Below are positions 1 through 11,500 of a stretch of DNA of 32,000 nt, in pieces. Within the stretch, counting starts at the first letter, position 1. Each line of letters opens with the position of its first letter. A model generated the notes under the pieces. The model was not told the origin of the DNA, searched no databases, and saw only the letters and a program-made list of their open reading frames with translations. The position numbers and the translations under genes were made by a program. Source of the stretch: Zygophlyctis sp. KS116 (lineage: Eukaryota; Fungi; Chytridiomycota); NCBI GenBank assembly GCA_054661495.1, contig BAAFSQ010000003.1:60001-92000 (forward strand). The letters run 5' to 3'.

Positions 1-636
1 ACTATTAAAAATTTAAAATTACTTTGAAATGATTTGAGTTGCAGTTCCTGTTCCTGCTCCGAAAAAGTTGTCAAAACTCATATTTGGCTTTACATCTCTG
101 CCATTATGAGCATGAGCAATAACAAAAAGCCCTGAAGGAGATCCTCTTATTTGACCTGATACACTTGCAGTAATTGTAAGTATATCTCCTTCCTGAGATG
201 CTGCAAGTGTATCACCTGGTAAATCATTTAAAGTTAAACATTCACGATCAAAACCGCTAAAGTTGACTACTCTTGAATATATTCCAGAGTCATCACAAGG
301 AATTTTATTTCCAGTGGATGATTTAAGACCATAACAAGAGATTATCCCGGCCGTTTCTCCAACTTCCGGACAGATTGTCACTGCAGGAAATTCATAAGAC
401 GGCGAAGGGATCTGAGATGGAAACATGTTATTTAGGAAATCAACTGAAAGATGCTGAGGTGATGCAGTAGTTCTATAAGTTGCAGGCAGTTGAGAAGCAA
501 ACTTATGGCCTCGTACGATAGCATAAATGAATACACTGAAACCAAAGATTAACCCAAATACAAATTCCAGTCTAGCGATGATCGTCTGGCCTCTTGTATT
601 CAATGATCGTTTAAAGAAGAGACTGTTATTGTTCAT
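1..636 (-). CDS. Membrane protein with an N-terminal TM helix followed by an FPAVTIC motif (DEG/ENaC-like); 3' partial, continues off the left edge
   Basis: ATG at 636 in AAAAATG context; TM FVFGLIFGFSVFIYAIV; FPAVTICP at about 367-390. The ORF stop lies inside a 21-nt GT-AG intron (minus strand, 22..2, GTAATTTTAAATTTTTAATAG). Confidence 0.6.
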
Positions 637-644
637 TTTTAGAG

Positions 645-652
645 TTACGTCA
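645..652. promoter_or_regulatory. CRE/ATF-like site TTACGTCA in the 38-bp divergent intergenic region
   Basis: Matches TGACGTAA on the minus strand; related sites at 28775, 30406 and 31381, all upstream of genes. Confidence 0.4.
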
Positions 653-674
653 TTTGATTGTTCAAGGTTATCAG

Positions 675-2789
675 ATGGAACAAGACTTTACTGACCAAGA
701 TCTGAATGATCCCACTCTTTTGGCAGAGCTCGCAAAGCTTGGATTGTCTGATACAGTAGATGTTGTTGTAGGCCAGGTGGATCATGTTGAGATTAATACT
801 GAATTTGATGATGTGGAAGTTGAATTTGATGATAAAGACATGGAAGATCCTGATTTACTGGTAATATGCAATCATTAATCAATAGAAAGATCTTCAGAGA
901 CTACATGATACGGCCATTGATCGGGAAGAGACCAAAGATGATCATAATCAAGAGCATAAGACTCTTCGCAATGCAGAGGTGAATACGATCGCCAAGAATC
1001 AAGGGGAGTTGGATCAAGGAGAAGATCAGGAAGACTTGCTCAAAGAATTAATACAAGGACAAGTTTCCAAACCCATCGTTTCTCCGTCGATAGATCAATT
1101 AGAGACTTTACAAGCTAAAGCACTGGAATTAAAAAAAACGGCACTGAAATTTAAAAAGGAAAATAATTTAGTAAAGGCTAGAGAAGCTCTGATTGCTTCT
1201 AAAAAGGTTCAAGAGCAGATAGATAGAATTACTTCTGGATTTGCAGTATCTCCAGGGTTTGTGATTCCTGACTTGACTGTGCAGTCTCCAAACATTAACA
1301 GTAATAGTGGTACTACTAATTCTGTTGATGCTGCTAATGTAACCAATACGAGTAATTCGAATGAATCACGTAGATCTATAAGGAAAGAAGTTGTCTCTCC
1401 TAAAATATTACAAAAAGACATCATTCCAATCATACACGATGATCAATTTGATCCATTAAAAGAATTAGAGACAAAAATGGAATCAACAGATATTTTCAAG
1501 CATTTAAGTGATGTATTGAATGAACAGATTAAGACTTGTACGAATTTATCAGCTTACTACTTTAAATCTGGAAAGAAAGATAAAGCTTTGGAGTTTCACA
1601 AGTACAAAAAAGGATTTTTAAGTGATTTAGAAGCTTTATTAGCTTTATCAAAGACCAGTGGTGCTGCACCCCCTACTTTCTCTTATTTTAATATTGCTTA
1701 TAATATTGAAATACGGGTTTCAGAGTTGAGCATGGATGAATTACTCTTAAATATTGTAAAAGGATATGATATGAATTCTTTTCAAGGAAATGAACTCTCA
1801 ATTTCTTTTAAAATAGAAGGATTAGAAGACAATGGAGGAACAGGAGAAGTTTTATTTCAAAAAGAGAATAATCCAGGTATATGAATTTTTTAAAAATCTA
1901 GAGATTAAGTTTTCTAAAAAGATAAGTATTCAAAGAAACAAGAATTTTCAAAGGATTTTAGAACGTAAAAAGGTCCAATTAGAACTTTATTCTACCTCTA
2001 CACAATTCTTTATTATGAAAAAGAAAACCTTGATTGCTAAAACATCTCTTAAATTGGATAATTTGCTCAATAAGTGTGAAATTCATGAAATATTTAGTGT
2101 AAGATTATATTTATTCTTAAATTCAAGTTTATAGATCCTAATAATCCCAGAAAATCTTTAAATTCCAAATTGGAAGTAAAACTTTGTCTATCTCAACCAG
2201 TTTTAAAGCCTGAAATAGTCTCTAAACAAGAAAGATGGATACAAATAAGTTTTGATAATCCAGAAAACTATAATTCTCCTACTAATACTCAAACTATAAT
2301 TAAAAAGGAAATTTCAAAACCTGTAGATACTATAAACAAACCAGATCGTGTGCCCAAAAGCTCATCTCCTATTCCATCTACTCAAGAAAACTCTGATGAA
2401 ATAGAAGATGCACTTTTATCTTTTAAAAAGTAATTTATACTGTATTAACGATTAGTGTTGATTCAATTGTATCTAATCTAGTTTTAGAACATGAATCTAG
2501 TGAAATATCAAGAGAAATTCAAAATCTTAAATCTAATGGAAAGACTGTTCCAGCAGATCTATCAGATATATTATTGTCATATGAAATCAAGATGAATTTA
2601 TTAGTTTCATTGGTTCAAATGGGATCTTTAACACCTGCAGCATATCTTGAACAATTAAACAATTTCTTGAAAGAAACTAAAAGATTAGCTTTAACATTTA
2701 AAAAGGCTAACAAGACTGATGAAGCTCAAAAAGCAATGATCAGGATAAAGCTCATTACAAGAGAGATTTCGGAAATCTCTATTGATTAA
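675..2789 (+). CDS. CC2D1A/B (Lgd)-like DM14 + C2 domain protein
   Basis: Spliced model with introns 861-885, 1877-1901, 2099-2127 and 2430-2455, all restoring frame. DM14-like helix (KALELKKTALKFKKENNLVKAREAL), C2-like region (KLDNLLNKCEIHEIF..LEVKL), C-terminal SNLVLEHE..VQMGSLTPAAYLEQL. Confidence 0.75.
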
Positions 2790-2797
2790 ATTAGGAA

Positions 2798-5700
2798 ATG
2801 TCCTTTATATCCAATTTTAAGAAGCTAACTAAAACTAGAGGTAAACTTCCAATTGAATACTTGAATTTGTACTTTGAGACATTATTTACTCCCTGGAAAG
2901 TCTCTATTCTTGAGAAATTAGAAATTAAACGACTCAAAAAGCTCTATAATTGTCAAAATGAAGATATTTTATTATTTTTACTGGAAATATCTAGACTAGA
3001 CTTGAATTCAGAGTCTTTAGAAGAGACAGAAACTCAAAATTCACTACAAATTGTTTCACAAGTCAATTATTGGCCTATATTACCAGTAGAACCTGTAAAT
3101 CCAGTGGATATATTATACAAAAATTATGACTGTATTTGTATTAATCAGGATGATTCAGATAAGAGTATAGACAGTGGATATGAGTCTATAGGAACGTCTG
3201 GAGCGTGTTTCGACCAGGATGTTTACTCTACAATGGAAAATAAGGGATTAAGAAAGGTATATTTTTATATTTAAAATAAGAATTTACTTTCTTGTCTATT
3301 GGGAGTGAATTCTTCTTCATTTATAGAGTCATCAGGGGAATTAATACCATCAAAAAATTTGGTTTTAGAGTCTAGAAATCTAAATGTATTCACTATATTT
3401 TGTCAAATTGGGACTAAAATGAAAAAATTAGAAGATATTATGGTTTTGATAGAGTAATTTAGAATATTAATGGTAACTATAGGGATCAAGGGATATATTC
3501 AGGATTAAATAGAGTCTATTTAGGACTACGAGATGAAATATTTCGAATTTTTCAAACGGAAAGGTTGTATGTGGACTTGTTCAAGGCTATGCAATGTTTA
3601 AAATTTGACATGGAATTCTTTATAGATAGGATATTGGGAAATATTTCATCAAGGGTGATTATAAATAATACCTTTTCATGTTTGAAGAATCTAGAGGCTG
3701 TAAGTTTGGATCTGGCTGGAGCAAAGTTGTATATTACGTTGAAGGAAATGTTTTTGTACTCTGTAGAGCCGATTGTGGAGTCAATAGTGCAAGGATCTTT
3801 TCAAAGAGAAGAAAATCAAATTCCAGATTTTTTAAGTCTAGAAAATGTTTTACTTATTCAGGAAAAAGAACAGGCGATTTCTATATTACATATGTTGGAT
3901 AGTAATCATCCTCTAATTACTTTCAAACGGACGTTCTCAAAAAGTAATATTACAAAAAGCTTGTTCTTACTATCGTAATCGACTTTGCATAATTTTAGAT
4001 CTCAACAAGAAATATTAATTTATTATCAGGAAAGTAAACAGATGGCTTTAGATTATTATCACATGTATAATAAGGCAATCGAGAAGTTGAAAATGAAGGA
4101 AAGACAGGAAAAACTGTTAAAAATAGAAATGGTATTTCTAATTTTTACTTAGCAAAAGGCTATAAATCAAGTTAAAGCTATGGAAGAATTCACCATAAAA
4201 AAGAAAATACTCAACCAAAAATATAAGGAAAGGCTTCAAAAGGAAATTCAGGTACGCATTCAAAATCTAATATTAGGAATTCCTAGATTCTCGTGAAAAA
4301 TATCGACAAGATCTACTAAAGTCTGAGCAAAAAAAGGATGAAACTTACCAAAATAATTTAAAAGTTTTAGAAAATGTTGAAATGGAATCAATGATCTCTA
4401 ATTACAAACAGAAAATTCAGCATTTACAGAAATTGGAAATTCGTTTGAAATGGAGAACCCAACGACTGAATTCCAAGAGCAAATTGCAAAGTCTATTTGA
4501 ACATAATACGTGGGAAGAACAACAATCTTGGCTCTCGACGTTGCCGACTGTTGGAAGATTATGCCCTGAAATGGAAAATGAAGAGGATTGGATTGCGAAT
4601 TTCTTGATTGCAAATAATCACTCTGATCACATCGGTAATACTTTTGAACGATCGCAGAGTGAAGACACGCTAGTTATTGACAAGGAAGAAGAATTATTAG
4701 ATGACGGGGTAAATCTAACAGTTGAAAAAATGGATTTGAATGAAAATTTAAAGGTTGTTGTCTTGGAATCGGGCATGGAGCTTCAAAAAAGTGAAAATGT
4801 TGTTGAGGATAGGCCTAGATTGTTAGAAAGCCCGATATTAAGTGAAAGTAGTTTTGATTATTCTGAAAAGATATTACATGAATCGGAAATGGATGGTGAT
4901 TCAAATCTGTCATTAACATGGCTGCTGAATCCCCAGTCCAATGATCTGGCTTCTAATATTAAACCTGATGATGATTGCTCTCTTTCTGAGATGGAGTCGA
5001 TTAAAGTTTTCTCAAATAATCTGTCTTGCATGATTCAATTGGAAGCAGAAGTAGCATCTAGATGTACTTTACAATTTATTATTCGAGATAAATCCAAAGA
5101 TTTATCACCAAATGATTTAAGATGGCATCTAAAGCTACTCAACTGTGCTTTCTTAAGTATTGAATCGCCACGCCATGCAAATCTATCAGACATACTTTTT
5201 TGGCGCGGATTGAATATTGGGACTTTGAGTAAGTCTGTTCTAGTTGCCAAAATCTTTAATTCACTCTTGGCATTTGATCTCTTAGAGCCTGAATATCTGT
5301 CATTTATTGATTCTGGATATAGATCCCAAAATCCTAGCGGTAACAGTTTTTAGACACGCTAAAACATTTAGAGTTTGATTCTTTGAATTTCCTAGGTATT
5401 GAATATAAGTCAAAGCCTCCATTTGAATATTTCTTGGAAGCATCATGCATTCAAACATATCAAAAATGCTTCACTCTGCTACTACTGGTTAGTAGACTTC
5501 GTGAATCTATAACAAAATGTTTCAAGAATCATCTTGAAATAGGAAAGGATCTACTATTTTTCAGACTAGGTGCACAATTCTTTATCAATGCATGGATCCA
5601 ATACATTGATCTTTGTATATCTAAAACCATGACTCCCTTTATGAAGAACTTAGATCTACTGCATTCACAACTAGAAGAATCCGACTCTACTTTAATTTAT

Positions 5701-6006
5701 AACAACTTGAATACCTTGAAAACAGAGCTGAATAATGCAATCAATGGACTAGAAAAACAATTATTCTTCAATTCTACAAAAATTATGGGTGCGTTATATG
5801 CGCAAGCTCAACTCATTTTAAACGTTTTTGAATGCGAAAATTATTCTTCATTAGCAGATGAAATCAAAGCATACGAAGTAGGTCGGTATCATCTCGCATT
5901 ATGTCTAAATGAATCACAGCCTGGATGGACTTTCAAAAAGATGCTAGACTGTAACTTTTATGCAGTGCTAACAGCAGCTGAAGGAGCAGAACCACTTGAT
6001 TGCTGA
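2798..6006 (+). CDS. Gamma-tubulin complex component (Spc97/Spc98 family), GCP6-like
   Basis: Introns 3257-3280, 3454-3482, 3975-3998, 4132-4152, 4252-4276 and 5340-5371 join the ORF fragments in frame. GRIP1-like start (LLSCLLGVNSSSF), long coiled-coil/acidic insert, GRIP2-like LGIEYKSKPPFEYFL..YQKCFTLLLLVSR. Confidence 0.7.
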
Positions 6007-6296
6007 GCTTCTCTTCGGGAAGCATCCTGCAAAAGCGCAGTGTCAACAAGATTTGCAGGTAAATCTACATATCGAACCACTGATCCTCTAATAAAACAAT
6101 TCTTTAGGGAAGCCTATCATCAGCATATCAAATTTACCAACTGAGGACATTTTTCATGATCAACAGATATCTCATCCAACTTTAGATTTAGAAACTGATC
6201 TACCGAGACAAGAGTTCCTGTGATCACCACATTATTTTTCAACTGAACAGACACTTTCTGTCCCACCAGAGTCTTGAAAAAGGAATAGAAGAGCAT
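5958..6296 (-). CDS. LSM2: U6 snRNA-associated Sm-like protein Lsm2
   Basis: Not in the ORF track. Exon 1 MLFYSFFKTLVGQKVSVQLKNNVVITGTLVSVDQFLNLKLDEISVDHEKCPQL, 24-nt intron 6114-6137, exon 2 ASLKNCFIRGSVVRYVDLPANLVDTALLQDASRREAQ... Confidence 0.95.
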
Positions 6297-6432
6297 TTAA
6301 AATCCAAAAAAGAGTAACCTAGACTCAATTTACTGCTTTTAATGTAGACTACTGATCTTGGTATGATGGGCTATGAAGGAAGATATATAAAAGTATTTAG
6401 ATCAAATGAATCAATTTATTCATGTTTGAAAA

Positions 6433-6740
6433 CTAAATCAGATGATCTCTATGATGGTGATGCCGATGATGTCCATATCCAGGATGCAAACAAGGCCCGT
6501 TATAATATCCTGGATAACCTCTATATTGGAGATCCCCATACATTCCATGGCCATAGTATGGATGATGATATTGTCGATCATAGGTTCTTGCATTTAGATG
6601 AGATGGAAACTCTGTGATCGGACATGATTTTCTAAATATTTCAAATAATTGGGAAAACATACTTTATCTGCTCAGGAGTAGAATCCGGACTCTTCTTGTG
6701 GGTGATACAGGAAATCCCATCGCAAACAATATCAATAGTC
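6433..6740 (-). CDS. Possible small His/Tyr/Gly-rich protein; 5' end unresolved
   Basis: Biased composition (YHHPYYGHGMYG..GYGHHRHHHHRDH). A plausible intron GTATGT..TTTAG (about 6662-6632) joins it in frame to an upstream open stretch (TIDIVCDGISCITHKK..). No clean start codon found. Confidence 0.35.
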
Positions 6741-6812
6741 TAAATAGCATTACGAGGAAGCTCTCATGACTCATATTCAAACGGATGCAATCATATTCAA
6801 GAAATCAAACAA

Positions 6813-7120
6813 TCAAAATCTTCTATATGGCCAGTATGGTTGAACCATACCATATTGCCAGCAGTATCCATTTTGCGCATCTGCTGCAGCAATGCATGCA
6901 TCAAATTCGCTTGCTGCTCTTGTTACACAATTTCCATATCCTAATTATAAAAAATAATAGGTATACCATCTCCTGGAATTGGAAATCTGGAACAATAGTA
7001 TGCTTTAACATATGCAAAATATTGATTGCATTCTGCACGTTTAGTAGCAGCTAATGCACCACAATATAATGCTTGGGTAAAAGAGATCAAACAAGAGATA
7101 AAGATGAGAATAATATTCAT
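6813..7120 (-). CDS. Small secreted cysteine-rich protein (93 aa, 6 Cys in the mature part)
   Basis: Not in the ORF track. AAAAATG start, signal peptide MNIILIFISCLISFTQA, 26-nt intron 6941-6966 restores frame, mature LYCGALAATKRAECNQYFAYVKAYYCSRFPIPGDGYGNCVTRAASEFDACIAAADAQNGYCWQYGMVQPYWPYRRF. Confidence 0.75.
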
Positions 7121-7137
7121 TTTTTGATGAGAAAATC

Positions 7138-8376
7138 TTATGATGCTTCATGATGATTTGACCGAGCAGTAACTCTACTCATCAAAAATGCAGCCATTGA
7201 TATTAAAAGCAGTAATATACAAAACATCCAAAGATAAATATGTCCATAATCCTCGTATATCCTACCTCCAATATATGTCCCAAGAAATCCACCAACATTA
7301 TTATATAAAGTACAAAATATAGCTACAAAAGTTGATTTATTTGACTCTGGAGCATTCCTTTTAGTGTATTCTAGTCCTCCAGCCCAAGTAAGTGCAAATG
7401 CAAGTCCATGAATGAGTTCAACAGGTAAAATAAAAATTGCAGATTGCACATTTAGAACCATGTAAATCAGTAATCTTGAAATCAACAAGATATGAACCAA
7501 AATCATCATGAGACTAGTACCCATAATCTTTATAATATCTTCAGAATAATAAAACACTGGTAGTTCAAAGAGTATTGAAAGAGGAGTCGTGAGTCCTATA
7601 ATAGAAGATGAAATAAGTAATTCCCTCGACATGAAAATAAATAAGAAACTCTGAATCAGAGAGAATACCATTCCAATTAGAGTTATAGAAAATAAAAAGA
7701 GTATAGTTGATGATTTGAAAAGAACCGTTGATAATCGTGACTCTGATACTTGCCTTTCAATTAGAGGAGTTTGCTCACTCTCTTGTATATAATTTATAGA
7801 GTCTTGTACTACCGAATCACAGTCACAGCCACTTTCAGACTTGCAACCTGGTAAAAACAATAATAGCAAGAGAAATATGAGACTAGAAATTGTAAATAAA
7901 ACAAACATAAAATTCAGACCCATGTAATCAATTACTAACCCAGTACATAATGAACCAATCCCCCAAGAAACTGAACACCATAACCGTTGTTTCCCATAGT
8001 CTTTACTAAGAATCAATACCAAAGAGTCTAAAATAGTTCCTAAAGGTGAAGCCAAGAATGCATTCAAGACACATAATCCAATTATAAAACCCAATGTTGT
8101 AAAAGAGTCTGGTAAGATTATTGCGTACAGATCAAAAGTAATAATTCCAAATATTGTACATATAATAGCAGCATTTTTCAGTCCTATCCAACTCTCTCCA
8201 ATCCAAGTCAATAGCGGTGTAGAAATAAAAGAAAGCACTGGAATTATACTTAACAATAGTCCAATTTGTTCCTTTCTTAGAGAGAAATAATGGTCTAAAT
8301 ACAATGGAAGATATAGCGGACCTGATGCAGAAGAGAAACCACTAAAAAAGTATAAATTCTTTAAGAGAAAATCCAT
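7138..8376 (-). CDS. MFS transporter, MFSD6/MFS_1_like family
   Basis: About 12 hydrophobic segments; YGKQRLWCSVSWG, FELPVFYY and ELIHGLAFALTW motifs typical of MFSD6-like carriers. Confidence 0.85.
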   Translation of the reverse strand: MDFLLKNLYFFSGFSSASGPLYLPLYLDHYFSLRKEQIGLLLSIIPVLSFISTPLLTWIGESWIGLKNAAIICTIFGIITFDLYAIILPDSFTTLGFIIGLCVLNAFLASPLGTILDSLVLILSKDYGKQRLWCSVSWGIGSLCTGLVIDYMGLNFMFVLFTISSLIFLLLLLFLPGCKSESGCDCDSVVQDSINYIQESEQTPLIERQVSESRLSTVLFKSSTILFLFSITLIGMVFSLIQSFLFIFMSRELLISSSIIGLTTPLSILFELPVFYYSEDIIKIMGTSLMMILVHILLISRLLIYMVLNVQSAIFILPVELIHGLAFALTWAGGLEYTKRNAPESNKSTFVAIFCTLYNNVGGFLGTYIGGRIYEDYGHIYLWMFCILLLLISMAAFLMSRVTARSNHHEAS

Positions 8377-8551
8377 CCAGTTTATTATAGAAAATCGGAC
8401 TTTTTTGAATGATCAACTCACAGTATGAAAGTAGAGGGGACATTTGGAAATTTAAATGATAAAGACAATGCATCGGTTTAAATTTATTATTAATATCTTG
8501 AAAGACTGGAGACTTGAGTCTGGAGACTGTTGTGTGCAGGTTTCGTTGCAA

Positions 8552-11500
8552 ATGGCAGAGTTTACTGATTTGGGATTCTTCTCTCCAGCGCCGGTTAAAG
8601 AGGAGGAAAAGGATGATGAGATGGAAGTAGTGGAAAACAAACTTGCTGTCAATGATCTAAAGGCTCAAAAAGTAAAAGTAAATAATAATCAAATTCCAAT
8701 GGATTTTGATCTTTGTAATGCAAGAGAAATTTTTATAAAGTTTCTCTCAAACGATTTAGACTTTAATAATTCTCAGGCTCTAGATTCAAGAAAATATTTA
8801 GAATCGGTAATTTGGAAATTTTAAAAAATAGTTTTTATTGCCAAAGATGCAAGATAAAAATGTGGATTTTCATATAATTCAGTCTATTGTGATTATGGTG
8901 AATTATCAATGTTTGATTGGGAAAAAATGTTTAGTCGATTCGAGATTTTCAAAAATATTTTCAAAATCTTTACTGGCATACAATGATTCTAATGCAAGTT
9001 TAAAGAATAAAAGTGAAATTCACACTTTTTTAGGAAATTGTTTTTGTAATTTGGATTTGGCTCATGTGAAATCTGAAGCTCAGAGATTGGTTGGTATTGG
9101 GACTCTTTGTAATATTGGAGATTATACAAGACAATTGTATTTTAAGCAAATTCCAGAGCTTGAAAGTGTTTGGGATAAAACTATTTTGAATTTAAAAAAT
9201 ATTAAAAAGGAATCTACAAGAGAACGGGTGGAATCTGAACGGAATTTTATGTTTAATGCTTTAAAAACAGTTTTAAAAGTAATGCAGGTGTCGTTGGATG
9301 AAGAAATTTTGGATGATTTATTGCTTTTTGTAGAAACTTTGTTGGATCTAGCACTAAAGATTATAATACAGATTCCTTCAAGACGGTTCTTTAATTTGAT
9401 TTTAAAGGATTCTTTATTCTTTTTACGTGCAAAAGAATCAGTTCTAGTTCAACGGTTAGAGAAACAAAAAAAGGATAAGCATATAAGGCTTTTGCAATTG
9501 TTGGATTTGGTAGAATTTTATTCATATTTTGAAATTGATGAATCTACTGGACTGGGTTTTTCTAAACAGGAAGTTATTCATTTGCATTATGATAAAATTA
9601 AGCAGTTGCAAAAGTTTTGTTTTCAAAATTTAAAAGATCAAGCTGTAGATTTTGCATTATCAAATGTTGGAGCTGTCGATAATCCAGATTCTTTAAATAG
9701 AATACTCTCTGCAGTTCCAATATCTGCCTTGGTAGATATGTCAAATCAATTAGGAGTAAGGACTACTGATTTAGATGGTCATGACGTTGAAAAGGGATTT
9801 TTGATTCAATCTTTAATTTATTTTCTGAAAAAGAGAGAAATGGAAAGGCTTGAGTGGATGCGAAATGATGTTTTGTACCTAGATGAAAGAATTATATTTG
9901 ATGAATCTGTATCAAATTTAAATATGCATCCTGTTGCTCTTGCTCCTTCAAGTCTACGGTATCTTACTTTATCTGATTACCTCTATCGACAGTATCGCCT
10001 GTTAAAATTTGAATATGCAGACCGTCTAAGAAAGGATATACTAGATGCAGCACAAAGACTCTCTCCTACTGGAAACAAACATTCCAAAAATACAAACTCT
10101 GTAGTTTTTCAAGGTGCAGCTCGCATGGCCATCCCAATTGAAAAAGTAGAAATTGTGGAAAAAGGAAATACAATGATTGGACATATTGCACCGTCTTATG
10201 TAAGAGCTCATATTGTGTTTTCTTTATCAAATTTGGAAAAAAATATGGCCGAGGAATGGGATTTGCTTGCTAGTGATGATATTCTATATTTGCTCTCCTT
10301 TAATGGTTCTGTCTCTAAACAAAGTAATGATGATGACTTGTTGACTAGAGTTGATCAAAGATTTGGGTTAAAACACGTTCGAGGATGTAAAATTGTCGGA
10401 TGGGTTGGATCTAACGGCCAGATTTTGAATGAAGGAATTTACAATGATTCAAAGATAATCGATAGGTCTACTGGATCTCTTAGCTCTTCAAGGACATTGT
10501 TGGTTGAGTTAGATCCACATCAATACGTACTTGACCAGAATAAGAAAAAAAAGAAATCATCTGCTGCTGATTTATATGAATCTTTAAACGTCATCATGAG
10601 ACGTAAAGCAAATGATAACACATGGGGCCATTTATTACAACCTTTTAGGGAAGTTGTTGGATTTGAAAATCTGATACCGCCATGGTTAAAAGGTGGATTT
10701 CTCGGGCATGAAGATCCATCAAGTTCCAGTTACAGAAATATTCCCGACCTAAATTTGACATTCAACTTTAGAGATACATTTTTAGATATAGATCATATTA
10801 AAGAAAGCTTTCCGAATATGGTAAATTCTTTAATATTTATAAATAGGATATAGCAATGGATAATAATGCGGCGGAACCCCCGTTTGTCCTCAATTTTCCT
10901 TCTAAATTTTGGGAATTTCAGCGGGATCTTGAAAGTCAACAGGAAAATCCTAAAAAACGGAAAATTAATGAAGGGAATGACAAGTCGAGCGGACCTACTC
11001 TTGAAGTTAAAGGTGCTGTAGCCACCTTCCATCCGTATGAAGGATCAAATTCCAAAAATAGTTTTAAGTATTCCCGTTTTCAAAGTATGTTTTTATCTAC
11101 TAATTCTAGTTGAAGGGATTTTGTCAGGTATGTGTCCAGCTTTGACTATGATTAAAACTCCAGCAGGAACAAATGGTATCTCTGTGGCTGCACAAATAGC
11201 ATCGAATCTATATAACAACGGCCAAAATCACCATTTGCTTGTTGTATCCAATACTGATTACACACTGGATCGATTTTTGGATTCTTTAACACCACTTAAT
11301 ATCGACGAGCGTCACATTTTAAGACTAGGGCACTTGACTGATAAGTGGAATCCTAAAAATCAATGTTGGGGTAGAGCAGGACGTGTAGATTCGTACCTAT
11401 CCAAAAGAATTTCCTTGCTAGAAAAGGTTTCTAAATTGGTAAGGAGTCTTGAAATCGAACAAGACTATGGAGCAACATGTGAATTGGCTGGGTATTTCTT

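Noticed and set aside
675-6006. Fragmented ORFs suggesting pseudogenes, programmed frameshifts or an alternative genetic code
   Set aside because: Every break is bridged in frame by a canonical short GT-AG intron, and conserved proteins translate correctly with the standard code.
6363-7054. Plus-strand ORFs 6363-6617 and 6785-7054
   Set aside because: Antisense to better-supported minus-strand models and show no recognisable features.
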